A stretch of DNA of 33,400 bases, taken from NCBI GenBank assembly GCA_035650035.1, contig DASRIK010000577.1:1-33400 (forward strand). The letters are read 5' to 3'. Origin of the DNA: Burkholderiales bacterium. GTDB taxonomy: Bacteria; Pseudomonadota; Gammaproteobacteria; Burkholderiales; SG8-41. The notes beneath the pieces are model-generated. The model had not been told where the DNA came from and did no database searches. It worked only from the letters and a program-made list of their open reading frames with translations. Within the stretch, counting starts at the first letter, position 1; the number at the start of each line of letters is the position of its first letter. The position numbers and the translations under genes are program-made. Positions 15,307 to 24,593 of this stretch are shown here, piece after piece.

Positions 15307-16286
15307 TGGCTATTCTTGTACTCGCTCGCATTGTCGGGGCGCTGAGCCTGCTCTCGTCCGCGGCGCATGCGGCCCAAGATCCCGCCGCTCTCTATCCAGC
15401 CAGGCCCGTGCGTCTCGTCGTGCCCTTCACGCCGGGCGCATCGAGCGACATCATTGCGCGTCTCCTGGGACAGAAGCTCGGCGAGGCGCTCGGCCAGCAG
15501 TTCATCGTGGACAACCGTCCGGGTGCCGGCGGTGGTGTCGGCGCGGAGACGGTCGCGCGTGCGGCACCCGACGGCTATACGCTGATGATCACCAACCCGG
15601 GCCCCGCGATCAACAACATCCTTCTGCGGAAGAAACCGAGTTACACGCTGAGCGATTTTGCGGCGATCGTCTACATCGGCTCCGCACCGATGATCGCTGT
15701 GGCGAACGTCAAATTACCGGCAAACGACATGAAGGAGCTCATCGCGTATGCGAAAGCGAACCCGGGTAAGGTGACGTGGGGCTCGTCGGGCAGCGGCAGC
15801 AATCCCCACGCCGCGCTCGAACAGTTGAAAGCGGCAACGGGCGTCGACATCACGCACGTGCCGTATAAAGGAACAGCGCCTGCGCTGACCGACACCGTCG
15901 GTGGTCAGATCGATGGGCTCTACACGACGACCATATCGGCAGAGAGCGTGATCAAAAGCGGCCGCGCGAAAGTGCTGGGCGTCGCAGGCCCTAAGCGCGC
16001 GGCCGTCCTTCCCAATGTGCCGACACTCGCGGAGCAGGGCATCAGAGGCGCCGATAATCTTCTGTGGGTCGGGCTCGTCACGACTGCCAAAGTTCCACGC
16101 GCGATCATCGAGAGACTCAACGGCGAAGCGAATCGAATCCTGCGCACGCCGGAAGTAAAACAGCGCTTCGAGCAGCTCGGTATCGATATCGAAGGCGGTA
16201 CGGCGGCGCATTTCGAGCAGTTCATCCGGGCGCAGGCGGAGAGCTTGAGGGCGTTGATCAAGGCAGGGGTGTTGCCGGTGGAGTGA
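15306..16286 (+). CDS. Bug-family (TctC-like) periplasmic substrate-binding protein, orphan
   Basis: ATG 15306 shares its A with the TGA (15304-15306) of the TIR-TPR gene. The signal peptide is MAILVLARIVGALSLLSSAAHA, followed by 'YPARPVRLVVPFTPGASSDIIARLL' (Bug signature). Confidence 0.9.
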   Translation: MAILVLARIVGALSLLSSAAHAAQDPAALYPARPVRLVVPFTPGASSDIIARLLGQKLGEALGQQFIVDNRPGAGGGVGAETVARAAPDGYTLMITNPGPAINNILLRKKPSYTLSDFAAIVYIGSAPMIAVANVKLPANDMKELIAYAKANPGKVTWGSSGSGSNPHAALEQLKAATGVDITHVPYKGTAPALTDTVGGQIDGLYTTTISAESVIKSGRAKVLGVAGPKRAAVLPNVPTLAEQGIRGADNLLWVGLVTTAKVPRAIIERLNGEANRILRTPEVKQRFEQLGIDIEGGTAAHFEQFIRAQAESLRALIKAGVLPVE

Positions 16287-16348
16287 CCACCCCACTCCAA
16301 CCCAACCCTCTCCCCGATGGGTAGGGGATCGTTTGTGTAGAGAAGAGA

Positions 16349-18061
16349 GTGATGACGGACAAATCGAAGAACATATCCCGGCCGCAGGACTACAAGCTCA
16401 TCGTCGAAAAGGACGTGAAGATTTCGATGCGCGACGGCGCGATCCTGTACGCCGACGTGCTGCGGCCGGACACGGGCGGCGAGCGCGTTCCGGCGATCAT
16501 GAACATCGGGCCGTATCAGAAGGACCGCCTGTGGATCCCGCCCGCCGATCTCGAGGAAGAAGCGAACCCGTATCTCGCATGGGAGACCGGGAACCCGATG
16601 TACTGGTGTCCGCGCGGATATGCGCTCGTACGCGTCGATTCGCGCGGCTCGGGCAAATCACCCGGTCAGTCGGACCCGAGCTCCTATGCCGAAGCCGTCG
16701 ATTTCTACGATGCGATCGAATGGATCGCGAAGCGCGAGTGGTGCTCGGGCAATATTGGCACGCTGGGCGTTTCGTATCACGCCAACTGCCAGTGGCGCGT
16801 CGCGAAGCTCCAGCCGCCGTCGCTCAAGGCGATCATTCCGTGGGAAGGCCGCGCGGATCTCTATCGCGACCAGACGTTCCACGGCGGCATTTACGCGATG
16901 GGTTTCTTCGCGAACTGGGTCGCGACCAACATGGCGCATCACATCATGGGCCGCGCGCGAAGCTATAACCCCGGCGCTTTCAACAACAACATGGTCTGGA
17001 ACTGGGTGAACCAGAATCTCGATTCCGAATTCTGGCGTCTGCGCAGCGCCGACTGGTCGAAGACGACGGTGGCGCTTTACAGCGTCGGCAACTGGACCGG
17101 CATGGGACTGCATCTGCGCGGCAACATCGAAGGGTTCGTGAATGCCGCGTCGAAGCACAAGAAGCTGCGCGTCCACAGCGGAACGCACTTTCACCCGTTT
17201 CATTCCGAGGAAGGCCGCCTCGATCAGCTGCGGTTTTTCGACCAGTGGCTGAAAGGAAAGGACACCGGAATCATGGATGAGCCGCCGGTGAAGCTCATGA
17301 TCCGGACCGGCGGCGGCAATGCGAGCACCTACAAGTTCCGCTTCGAGAACGAGTGGCCGCTCGCGCGGACGCAATGGACGAAGCTGTATCTCAAGGTCAA
17401 TGCGAAGGAGCAGAGCGGGAGCGGCGACGCGGAAGGCGAGCTTACGAATACGCTGCCGCGCGAGACCGGAAGCTCCACGTATTCCGCGAGCCCGCCTTCG
17501 CACGCGGGTGTGAGCTCGTCAGCGCCATCGAACGCGGCCGGGAGCGTGGACCGCACGGGAATCTCCTTCATCAGCGCGCCGCTCACCGAGGATACCGAAA
17601 TCACGGGTCCTGTCGTCCTCGTGCTCTGGCTATCGAGCACTTCGGAAGACGCCGACATTTTTACAACGATCCGCAATATCGGTCCTGACGGTAAGGACGT
17701 CTGGGAAGAAGGCCAGCAAGGCCACACCGATTACGTACCGGTCGCGAAAGGCTGGCTGCGCGCGTCGCACCGCAAGCTCGATCCCGAGAAGTCGCTGCCG
17801 TATCGTCCCTATCACGTGCACAACGAGCGCCAGTGGCTCTCGCCCGGCGAGATCGTCGAATGCCATGTGGAGATCTGGCCGACCTGCATGGTGTTCAGGA
17901 AAGGGCACCGGATCCGGCTCGATGTGCAGCCGCGCGATGGCGTTGGCTCGTCGGTTTATCGCCATTACCACGCGGACTACAACATCGGCGCGATGAACAC
18001 GATCCACGCGGGCGGAGACAAGGCGTCGTACCTGATGCTTCCGGTCATACCGGTCAGTTAG
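16349..18061 (+). CDS. CocE/NonD family alpha/beta hydrolase (S15 X-Pro dipeptidyl-peptidase-like)
   Basis: 570 aa (GTG 16349 or ATG 16352). Motifs are 'MRDGAILYADVLRP', 'YALVRVDSRGSGKSPG', the nucleophile elbow 'GTLGVSYHA', and a C-terminal beta-sandwich region 'ITGPVVLVLWLSSTSEDADIF'. Confidence 0.85.
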   Translation: MMTDKSKNISRPQDYKLIVEKDVKISMRDGAILYADVLRPDTGGERVPAIMNIGPYQKDRLWIPPADLEEEANPYLAWETGNPMYWCPRGYALVRVDSRGSGKSPGQSDPSSYAEAVDFYDAIEWIAKREWCSGNIGTLGVSYHANCQWRVAKLQPPSLKAIIPWEGRADLYRDQTFHGGIYAMGFFANWVATNMAHHIMGRARSYNPGAFNNNMVWNWVNQNLDSEFWRLRSADWSKTTVALYSVGNWTGMGLHLRGNIEGFVNAASKHKKLRVHSGTHFHPFHSEEGRLDQLRFFDQWLKGKDTGIMDEPPVKLMIRTGGGNASTYKFRFENEWPLARTQWTKLYLKVNAKEQSGSGDAEGELTNTLPRETGSSTYSASPPSHAGVSSSAPSNAAGSVDRTGISFISAPLTEDTEITGPVVLVLWLSSTSEDADIFTTIRNIGPDGKDVWEEGQQGHTDYVPVAKGWLRASHRKLDPEKSLPYRPYHVHNERQWLSPGEIVECHVEIWPTCMVFRKGHRIRLDVQPRDGVGSSVYRHYHADYNIGAMNTIHAGGDKASYLMLPVIPVS

Positions 18062-18905
18062 ACAGGATCACCGGAAGTTGCGCGTGCGCGATGATGTGAC
18101 GCGTCGCGCCGCCGAAGATGAGCTGACGCAGCCGGCTCTGCGTGTACGCCCCCTTCACCAGGAGATCGGCACCGCTGCGGGCGCACTCATGGAGCACCCT
18201 CTCCCCGGGTGAGCGTCCGTCTTTCGCGACGGTGCGCGGTGTCGCGGGTACGCCTGTGCGTGCGAGGTAGGCAGCGAGCTCAGCGCCCGTCGGGCCGGGA
18301 ACACCCCATCCTTCGACGGAAAGGACCGTCACGCTGCGCGCCCGCACGAGCAGCGGCATCGACAATGCAACAGTGCGTGCCGTTTCGGTGCTCGAGTTCC
18401 ACGCGATGATCACCTTCTCACAGCACACGTCCACGGGCGTCTGCGGCGCAAGCAGAACCGGCCGGCCGCTTTCGAACAGCGCCGATTCCGCAAGCAGACG
18501 CCAATTCAACCAGTGACGCGCGAAGTCGCGCCCGATGACGATGAGCTCGAAGAGTCGTCCGTGACTGCCGATGACGTATTCTTCCGAGCCCTCGATTTCC
18601 CGCCATCCGACCGCCGGGCCGTCGGCTGCGGTCAGCGCCGAGATCGCGAGGCCCTGTTCGGCGGCACACGCCTCGAAGCGCATGCGCGCACGATCGGCGG
18701 CACGCCGGGATTCCTCCTCGAGCTCCTTGAAGTGCGAATCGGCGAGCATGTCGCCCTCCCCGCTATCCAGGATCTGTGGCCGCCGCAGAATGAACAGGCC
18801 CTCCACATACCCGCCGACAGGTTGGATAAGCCGTGCACACAGCTCGAACGCCCGCTGCGAAGCTTCATCGTCATAGAAGGGGAGCAGGATCGTCTTCATC
18901 GTCAT
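18054..18905 (-). CDS. tandem-domain universal stress protein (UspA family)
   Basis: 283 aa. Motifs are 'KTILLPFYDDEAS' and the C-terminal 'DLLVKGAYTQSRLRQLIFGGATRHIIAHAQLPVILSN' (Usp ATP-binding motif G-x2-G-x9-G(S/T)). ATGA overlap with the upstream Bug gene stop. The 3' end overlaps the convergent hydrolase gene by 8 nt. Confidence 0.8.
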   Translation of the reverse strand: MTMKTILLPFYDDEASQRAFELCARLIQPVGGYVEGLFILRRPQILDSGEGDMLADSHFKELEEESRRAADRARMRFEACAAEQGLAISALTAADGPAVGWREIEGSEEYVIGSHGRLFELIVIGRDFARHWLNWRLLAESALFESGRPVLLAPQTPVDVCCEKVIIAWNSSTETARTVALSMPLLVRARSVTVLSVEGWGVPGPTGAELAAYLARTGVPATPRTVAKDGRSPGERVLHECARSGADLLVKGAYTQSRLRQLIFGGATRHIIAHAQLPVILSN

Positions 18906-19912
18906 TTCTCCACGCGCGGCATGCCCGCTTCAGCAGCGACTTTCGTCCATTTCGAGATCTCGGCCGGAATGATCTTCCGCATCTCGTCCGGACCCTTGAG
19001 CTCGAGCACGGCGCCCATGGCCGCCATCTGCTTTTGTACGTCCGGCATCGTGAAATAGCGAACGATCTCTTCGCGCAGCTTCATGACGATCGCACGCGGC
19101 GTCCCTGAGGCGGTCGCGATCGAATACCAGTTCGCGCATTCGTAGCCTTTGATGCCCGATTCATCGAGCGTCGGCACGTCCGGGAGAAGCTCGGCGCGCG
19201 TGAGACTGCCGACGGCGAGCGGTCTTACCCGTCCCGACCGGATCTGCGGCAACACGGGCACGCTTGCCTGGAACGCGGCATGCGTCTGCCCTGCAATGAC
19301 ATCCATCATCGCCGGCGCACCGCCCTTGTAGAGAACGATGTTGAATTTTTCTTTGGAAAGACTCGTAAAAAGGGCTGTTGCGAAATGCAGAAAGCCCCCC
19401 GAGCTCGACAGAATGATCTGCCCCGGTTTGGCCCTGGCAGCCGACAGCAGCTCTTTCACGGACGCAACCTGCAGCGACGGACCTACGACGAGCACGAGAA
19501 AGCTGTTGCCGATTTTCGTGATGAATTCCAGCGCCGTGAGTGGATCGTAAGGGACTTTCATCACCACCGGATTCATCGTGTACGCCGAGGAGATGATGAT
19601 GAGCGTGTAACCGTCGGGCCGCGCCTTGGCGGCGAGGTCCGTGCCGATTGTTCCTTCGGCGCCGGTGCGGTTGTCGACGATCACGGGCTGGCCGAGCGTC
19701 TGGTGGAGATGCGTCCCGACCATCCGCGCGAGGAGATCGTTCGTCGCGCCGGGCGAGAACGGGACGATGAGGCGTATGGGTTTGTTCGGATAGGGCTGGT
19801 CCGCGTTGGACTCCGCCTTTGTGGCGCGTCCGGTAGCCGCATTCGCGGCAGCCGCGCCCACGCACAGAGTCACCATGAAAGCGATCAGCGCAAGGGCGAG
19901 CCTGTCGAGCAT
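18902..19912 (-). CDS. Bug-family (TctC-like) periplasmic substrate-binding protein, orphan
   Basis: 336 aa; SD GGAGG precedes ATG 19912. A signal peptide is followed by 'YPNKPIRLIVPFSPGATNDLLARMVG'. Confidence 0.9.
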   Translation of the reverse strand: MLDRLALALIAFMVTLCVGAAAANAATGRATKAESNADQPYPNKPIRLIVPFSPGATNDLLARMVGTHLHQTLGQPVIVDNRTGAEGTIGTDLAAKARPDGYTLIIISSAYTMNPVVMKVPYDPLTALEFITKIGNSFLVLVVGPSLQVASVKELLSAARAKPGQIILSSSGGFLHFATALFTSLSKEKFNIVLYKGGAPAMMDVIAGQTHAAFQASVPVLPQIRSGRVRPLAVGSLTRAELLPDVPTLDESGIKGYECANWYSIATASGTPRAIVMKLREEIVRYFTMPDVQKQMAAMGAVLELKGPDEMRKIIPAEISKWTKVAAEAGMPRVEK

Positions 19913-19920
19913 TGTGCCTC

Positions 19921-20943
19921 CTATAGAAGCGCAGGCATCACTTCGCGGGAGAAGAGCTCCATCGAGCGCAGCACGCGGGCCTGGTCCAGGTCGCCGAACC
20001 AGAAGCTGCAGTTGAAATGCGAGATGCCGACGAGCGCCTGCACGCGTTTGATCTGCCGTATGCAGGTCTCGGGGGTGCCGATCACGAGATAGCGCTCGAG
20101 CAGATCGTCGACCGCGGGCTCCGCGTTCCCGGGCACCGCGATCGCCTGTCCGTTTTCCACACGCTCGTAGTTGTTGCGCAGGCTCAGCGTGACGCGCATG
20201 TTCCAGCGCGCGTGTTCCGCGGCTTCCCGCGCATCCGCTTCATCCTTCGTTACGTACACGGCCCGTTGCACGCCCACGAGCGGCCGCTTTCCGGTTGCCG
20301 TTTCCGCCGCCATCCTGTTGAAGATCTGCCCGAACTCCGCCAGGCGTTCGACAGATACGCCGAACCCGCCGGTGAGCACGTTGAGGCCCCGGCGTGCCGC
20401 TGCTTCGATCGAGTATTCGCTTTGCGCAGTCACCCAGACCGGCGGGCGCGGCTTCTGCACGGGCTTGGGATAGATCGACGTCTCCGGAATGTCGAAAACC
20501 TTGCCGTGGTAGCTGAAAGGCCTGCCTTCGAACGCTTTCAGCAGAATGTCGAGCGACTCGTCCCAGCGGCTTCCGGAATCGAGCTTTAGACCGAAGCGCT
20601 CGAATTCGTAGCGCTGATAGCCGCGCCCGAGACCGACGTCGGTGCGTCCTCCGGAGAGCACGTCGAGCGTCGCGATCTCTTCCGCCACGATGAGCGGATG
20701 GTGCAGCGGAACGACGATAACCGCGGTGCCGACGCGAAGCCGCGTGGTCTTCGCCGCGATGTAACTGGCGAGTTGAAGCGGCCGCGAAAGATATCCGTAG
20801 GTCGAGAAATGATGCTCCGCGAGCCACGCGTTGCGAAAGCCGAGCGCCTCTGCGGCCTGCGCCTGCTCGATCGCCCGCGCGTAGAGCTCTTCGGAAGAGC
20901 GGGCCGATGGAGACTGCATGAGCAGGAACGTTCCGATGTCCAT
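19921..20943 (-). CDS. LLM-class (luciferase-like) flavin-dependent oxidoreductase
   Basis: 340 aa from ATG 20943 (SD GGAGG). The N-terminus is 'MDIGTFLLMQSP...AEALGFRNAWLAEHHFSTYGY'. The longer track ORF to 21108 was rejected. Confidence 0.85.
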   Translation of the reverse strand: MDIGTFLLMQSPSARSSEELYARAIEQAQAAEALGFRNAWLAEHHFSTYGYLSRPLQLASYIAAKTTRLRVGTAVIVVPLHHPLIVAEEIATLDVLSGGRTDVGLGRGYQRYEFERFGLKLDSGSRWDESLDILLKAFEGRPFSYHGKVFDIPETSIYPKPVQKPRPPVWVTAQSEYSIEAAARRGLNVLTGGFGVSVERLAEFGQIFNRMAAETATGKRPLVGVQRAVYVTKDEADAREAAEHARWNMRVTLSLRNNYERVENGQAIAVPGNAEPAVDDLLERYLVIGTPETCIRQIKRVQALVGISHFNCSFWFGDLDQARVLRSMELFSREVMPALL

Positions 20944-21095
20944 CGGGCCTCCTTCGGCCGTTACGCGGTCGGGAAACGATAACCTGCGGACCTGCGCCAA
21001 GGCAAACGCGATGACAGAGAGCCGTTCGGCCAACAAGCCGATACCGAGCTTCTGTTTTAGCGGCACAATCTGGGGGGAATTGTAGGGGAGCTCTA

Positions 21096-22802
21096 ATGGC
21101 TGAAACAAAGCCGGCGAAACGCCGGAGGTGCTCTGTTGGTTCGCTCTTCAGTCGCAAGTCGGCGCATGGAAGTCGGCCGTGGATGCTCATTTCAGTGAGC
21201 CTCCTGCTCGCCGGCTGCCAGGCGATGTACCTGCACGACCCCTCTAGAGCCAAGACCGCCGCCGAGGCGAGGAAAGCACTCGCGACCGTTGACACGGCTG
21301 CGCTCACGAAGGTCGAGCAAGCGAACCTGAACCGGCTTCTGGCCGAAGAGCTCAAAAGCCTGCGGGCACGGGCACGAATCGATTCGGACCTCGCGCTTCT
21401 CGAGATCGCAGATAACGAGCAAAACGTCGCGAGACATTACGTGAGACTTTCCGCGATCGTGGAGGAGCGATTCGGCACCGCCAAGTTCGACGTTCTCGCC
21501 CAGCGGCGCTTCGATCAAATACAACTGGAGGCGGATCGTGTGACGGCTGCGCACGCGAGAAGCGCTATTACGCGATTGAAGATCGCTGCGCCGGACTGCG
21601 GCCCCGACATGCCGCCCTTCGAGAAACTGTCTGGCGCGCAGGGCGTGGACACAAAAACACAGCTGGTCGCGCAGCTCGCGTATAACCGATACCTTGCCGC
21701 GTGCAAGCGCATGCTTGCAGACAGCCGCAAGCCGGATCCCGCCGGCGGCATGCTGCGGGCGGCGCAGGAGGAGGCAAGCAAGGCACGCGAGGCGCTGAAG
21801 AGCGACCAGGACAAGGCCGCGAAGGCGCAGAAGGCGTTGACGAGCGCTCGCACCGAGTACGCAAAGGCTGTCAAAGATCGGCAGAAAGCCGGTGAGGCTG
21901 GTGCCGTGGCCAGGAAGGCGCTCGAGGACAAAGCAAAAGACGTCCTGGACAAGATTCAAGCGCTTGAGTCCGCCAGCCCGGCCGCGGCAAACCACGAAAA
22001 AGTCGGCGCGCTTGTCGAGGTGCTTTCGGCCGCCGCAGGCGGCAAGGTCGAAACGACGAACGAAAATCTTGCGCCGGCGCTCATCATCGCGAAGCGCGTG
22101 CCGTCGCTCGTTGGTACGATCGAGCAAATCGAAGCGTTACGCTCGGCGCCTACCGTGTCCAATCTGGTGATCGCATTGAATCACCAGGTGCTGGCGGCCG
22201 AGCTCGATGCAAGGCTCGCCTCGATGCGCGAAGAAGAAGTGACGCTTCTGCAGGAAAAAGTAAGAGTCCTCGAACACGAGGCTTCATTGTGGCGTGCATT
22301 CAACGATCAGTTATGCAATCTTGCCCTGTTGGGGAGTGCCGCGAACCACCCGTCCACGACGTGTGAAGCGATCACGTTTCAGCCCGCGCCGGACAGCGGC
22401 ACCGAGACGGTGACGTGCAATATCCGAGTGTTGAGGCCCAACGGACCAGAGGAGAAGAGCATCCCCAAGTGTGTGCTGAGTCGCTCCTGGAAAGCACTGT
22501 TTTCGGATTCCAGCCTGAGCACAGCATCGCGACGCGCGCTATACGAGGCTGCGGTTGCATATCTCAACGCCCGAAACGCGGGCAACAGAGCGTACGAATA
22601 CGACTTCAAGGTGGTGAATCACAGACACCGGACCTCCCTCGAGCTGCGGGAAGCGGCGCTGCGCCAGTGGAACAACATCGTGGCAGTGCCGGTCGAGCAG
22701 CTCGACGCGTACTACGCGAGCGGCATCAAGCCCGCCGAGCTTGCCGACTTATTGGTGAAAGCGCTCGGCCTCACGGCGATCGCGATAGGAGTTGCGCAAT
22801 GA
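21096..22802 (+). CDS. large coiled-coil lipoprotein, unknown function (module gene A)
   Basis: 568 aa; SD GGGGAG lies 5 nt before ATG 21096 (alternative ATG 21183). Lipobox LLLAG-C41. There is a long K/A/E/Q-rich helical region, four Cys in the C-terminal ~150 aa, and a hydrophobic tail LGLTAIAIGVAQ. Confidence 0.75.
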   Translation: MAETKPAKRRRCSVGSLFSRKSAHGSRPWMLISVSLLLAGCQAMYLHDPSRAKTAAEARKALATVDTAALTKVEQANLNRLLAEELKSLRARARIDSDLALLEIADNEQNVARHYVRLSAIVEERFGTAKFDVLAQRRFDQIQLEADRVTAAHARSAITRLKIAAPDCGPDMPPFEKLSGAQGVDTKTQLVAQLAYNRYLAACKRMLADSRKPDPAGGMLRAAQEEASKAREALKSDQDKAAKAQKALTSARTEYAKAVKDRQKAGEAGAVARKALEDKAKDVLDKIQALESASPAAANHEKVGALVEVLSAAAGGKVETTNENLAPALIIAKRVPSLVGTIEQIEALRSAPTVSNLVIALNHQVLAAELDARLASMREEEVTLLQEKVRVLEHEASLWRAFNDQLCNLALLGSAANHPSTTCEAITFQPAPDSGTETVTCNIRVLRPNGPEEKSIPKCVLSRSWKALFSDSSLSTASRRALYEAAVAYLNARNAGNRAYEYDFKVVNHRHRTSLELREAALRQWNNIVAVPVEQLDAYYASGIKPAELADLLVKALGLTAIAIGVAQ

Positions 22803-23407
22803 AAGCGGTGAAGATGCTGATCACGGCCGCAGTGGCTGCTGTAATGGTCGGCTGTGCCACGCCGAGTGCCGTGTATGAGCTCGCGGACAAGAGCTCGGCC
22901 AATGCAGCCCTGTTCGGACAGCGTCTGGGCACGCTGGGCACGCAAAGCCGTGCACTGGCCGAGAAACGAGCGGCTCATGTCGCCTCGATGGATGCCTTCA
23001 ATGCGTCCATGCAGGCCGATTATCAGCGCGACCTCGCAATTACACGCAGGGCAGGAGCGGGGGACGCGGCGAAGCGGCTGATCGATGACCTGTCATCGTT
23101 CGTGCAGGAGCTCGAACGCATCGAGAAAAGCGGACAGTTATCGGAAGCTGCGCGGCGTCAGGAGCTGATGAACAGCTATGTGGCACTCGAGCCGAATACG
23201 GCGGCGCTCCGAAATGTAGCGAACATGTTAACGGCGCTTGCTAACCAGGAGAGTCGGGCTGATCGCGCGAAGTTCCTGGCCGACTTTGCCGCGCAGGTGC
23301 ATCGCGAAGCGCAGGTGCTGCTCGAAAAAGACGAGGCCTCGAGTAAGCACGCGACTCAACTGCTCGAGCACATAGGGCAAAAGCTCACGCCGGAAAGCAA
23401 GAAATAG
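22799..23407 (+). CDS. helical lipoprotein, unknown function (module gene B)
   Basis: 202 aa. ATG 22799 overlaps the stop of gene A (ATGA); SD GGAG is 8 nt upstream. MKAVKMLITAAVAAVMVG-C19 is a lipobox. The track ORF start at 22415 was rejected. Confidence 0.75.
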   Translation: MKAVKMLITAAVAAVMVGCATPSAVYELADKSSANAALFGQRLGTLGTQSRALAEKRAAHVASMDAFNASMQADYQRDLAITRRAGAGDAAKRLIDDLSSFVQELERIEKSGQLSEAARRQELMNSYVALEPNTAALRNVANMLTALANQESRADRAKFLADFAAQVHREAQVLLEKDEASSKHATQLLEHIGQKLTPESKK

Positions 23408-23429
23408 CCTTTCACGCAAAGGAGGTCAT

Positions 23430-23849
23430 ATGGCTACCGCGGACGTTCTCGAAGCGGCTCACCCGAAGGACCCGGAACTACCGCTCGCCGCCGCCATGGT
23501 CGAAGTGCTGCTCGCAGAGCACGCACAGGTGGTGGCGACGGTAAACAAGGCCCTTGAGAACAATCCAAGCGCGGACGACCGACGTGCGCTGCAAGGGAAG
23601 TTGATTGCGCTGAAGAACCGGGAAGACGCGCTTGTCAATGCATTGATTCAGCTCGATGCCGCCGGGCGGGATATTCCGACGCCGTCCGACGAGATGGTGC
23701 AGGAGCTCGCAAAGCTGGCCGAAGACGTGGAGCGGGCGACGAATCAGCGGCTTGCCGCCGCCGAGGCGCTCGGACTCGCCACGCAGTTCGTGACATTGGC
23801 GAGCGATGTTCTCACCGCCTTCAAGATTCCGGACGGGCCGCGAGCATAG
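23430..23849 (+). CDS. small all-helical cytoplasmic protein, unknown function (module gene C)
   Basis: 139 aa with a strong SD (AAAGGAGG, 4 nt before ATG 23430). It has no signal peptide and a heptad-like composition. Confidence 0.7.
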   Translation: MATADVLEAAHPKDPELPLAAAMVEVLLAEHAQVVATVNKALENNPSADDRRALQGKLIALKNREDALVNALIQLDAAGRDIPTPSDEMVQELAKLAEDVERATNQRLAAAEALGLATQFVTLASDVLTAFKIPDGPRA

Positions 23850-23867
23850 ACTTTCGTAAGGGTATCT

Positions 23868-24584
23868 TCAAGATCGTCGCAATCGTGGGGTCGCGCGCTT
23901 CTCCCGCTCGATTTTCGGTGTCGGCTGGCCGGACCACGTCATTCGGTACGCGCCGCCCCGTCGAACGTTCGCGACGACTGCGGGCCTGAAGCACGCGAGA
24001 TTCGTGCCGCGCGGCCGGCGTGTGCTCGGATAGATGATGCCCACCGAGCCTTTTTCCATGAGCCGCGCGGCGAGGCGCTGAGAAGGCGCGTAGCTCGACG
24101 GGTCTACGCATGACTTGAATCGAGGATCTCTTCTGATGTCGTGGAACTCGTTCGTGAAATCGGCGAGGAGCGCCTCGTAGGTGACGCTGTCCTCGAAGTA
24201 GCCGATCTCCCGATACTCGACGCTCTTGTGAAAAGCCACTTCCGCGAGCGCCGTCTCTTCCTCGAACGAGCAGTACCACGCGCCGCGCTCGGGGCCGTTG
24301 AAGCGGCTGCCTTGCGGATGCGCATACGTGAACGCTGCGTTGACGAGGCCGGCGTTGGGCACGCCGAAGACAAGCTCGTCGACACCGATGCCGGGCAGCA
24401 GACCGCGCTGGCCGCGCAGCCGCTCGTTGGTGGCGTTGTCCAGCTCGAAAAGATCCGCAAGATGCGCATCGTCCTCCGAGATCCCCGTGAGGACCGAATC
24501 TTCCCGCATGGCAAAGCGCGACGGCAGCAGACGGTACGTGTCGAACTGCCGCAGTCGGGTCGTGCGCGGAAGCGGCGCGCTCAC
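23868..24584 (-). CDS. RES-domain toxin (NAD+-targeting type II toxin family)
   Basis: 238 aa. 'HPQGSRFNGPERGAWYCSFEEETALAEVAFH' supplies the conserved R and E. 'SVGIIYPSTRRPRGTNLACF' supplies the conserved S. It starts 9 nt downstream of the antitoxin gene. Confidence 0.9.
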   Translation of the reverse strand: MSAPLPRTTRLRQFDTYRLLPSRFAMREDSVLTGISEDDAHLADLFELDNATNERLRGQRGLLPGIGVDELVFGVPNAGLVNAAFTYAHPQGSRFNGPERGAWYCSFEEETALAEVAFHKSVEYREIGYFEDSVTYEALLADFTNEFHDIRRDPRFKSCVDPSSYAPSQRLAARLMEKGSVGIIYPSTRRPRGTNLACFRPAVVANVRRGGAYRMTWSGQPTPKIEREKRATPRLRRS

Positions 24585-24593
24585 CGAGGTTCC

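Noticed and set aside
16311-16328. TCCCC-gatgggta-GGGGA hairpin between the Bug and CocE/NonD genes
   Set aside because: A 5-bp stem with an 8-nt loop is too weak for a terminator call. It is treated as compatible with co-transcription.
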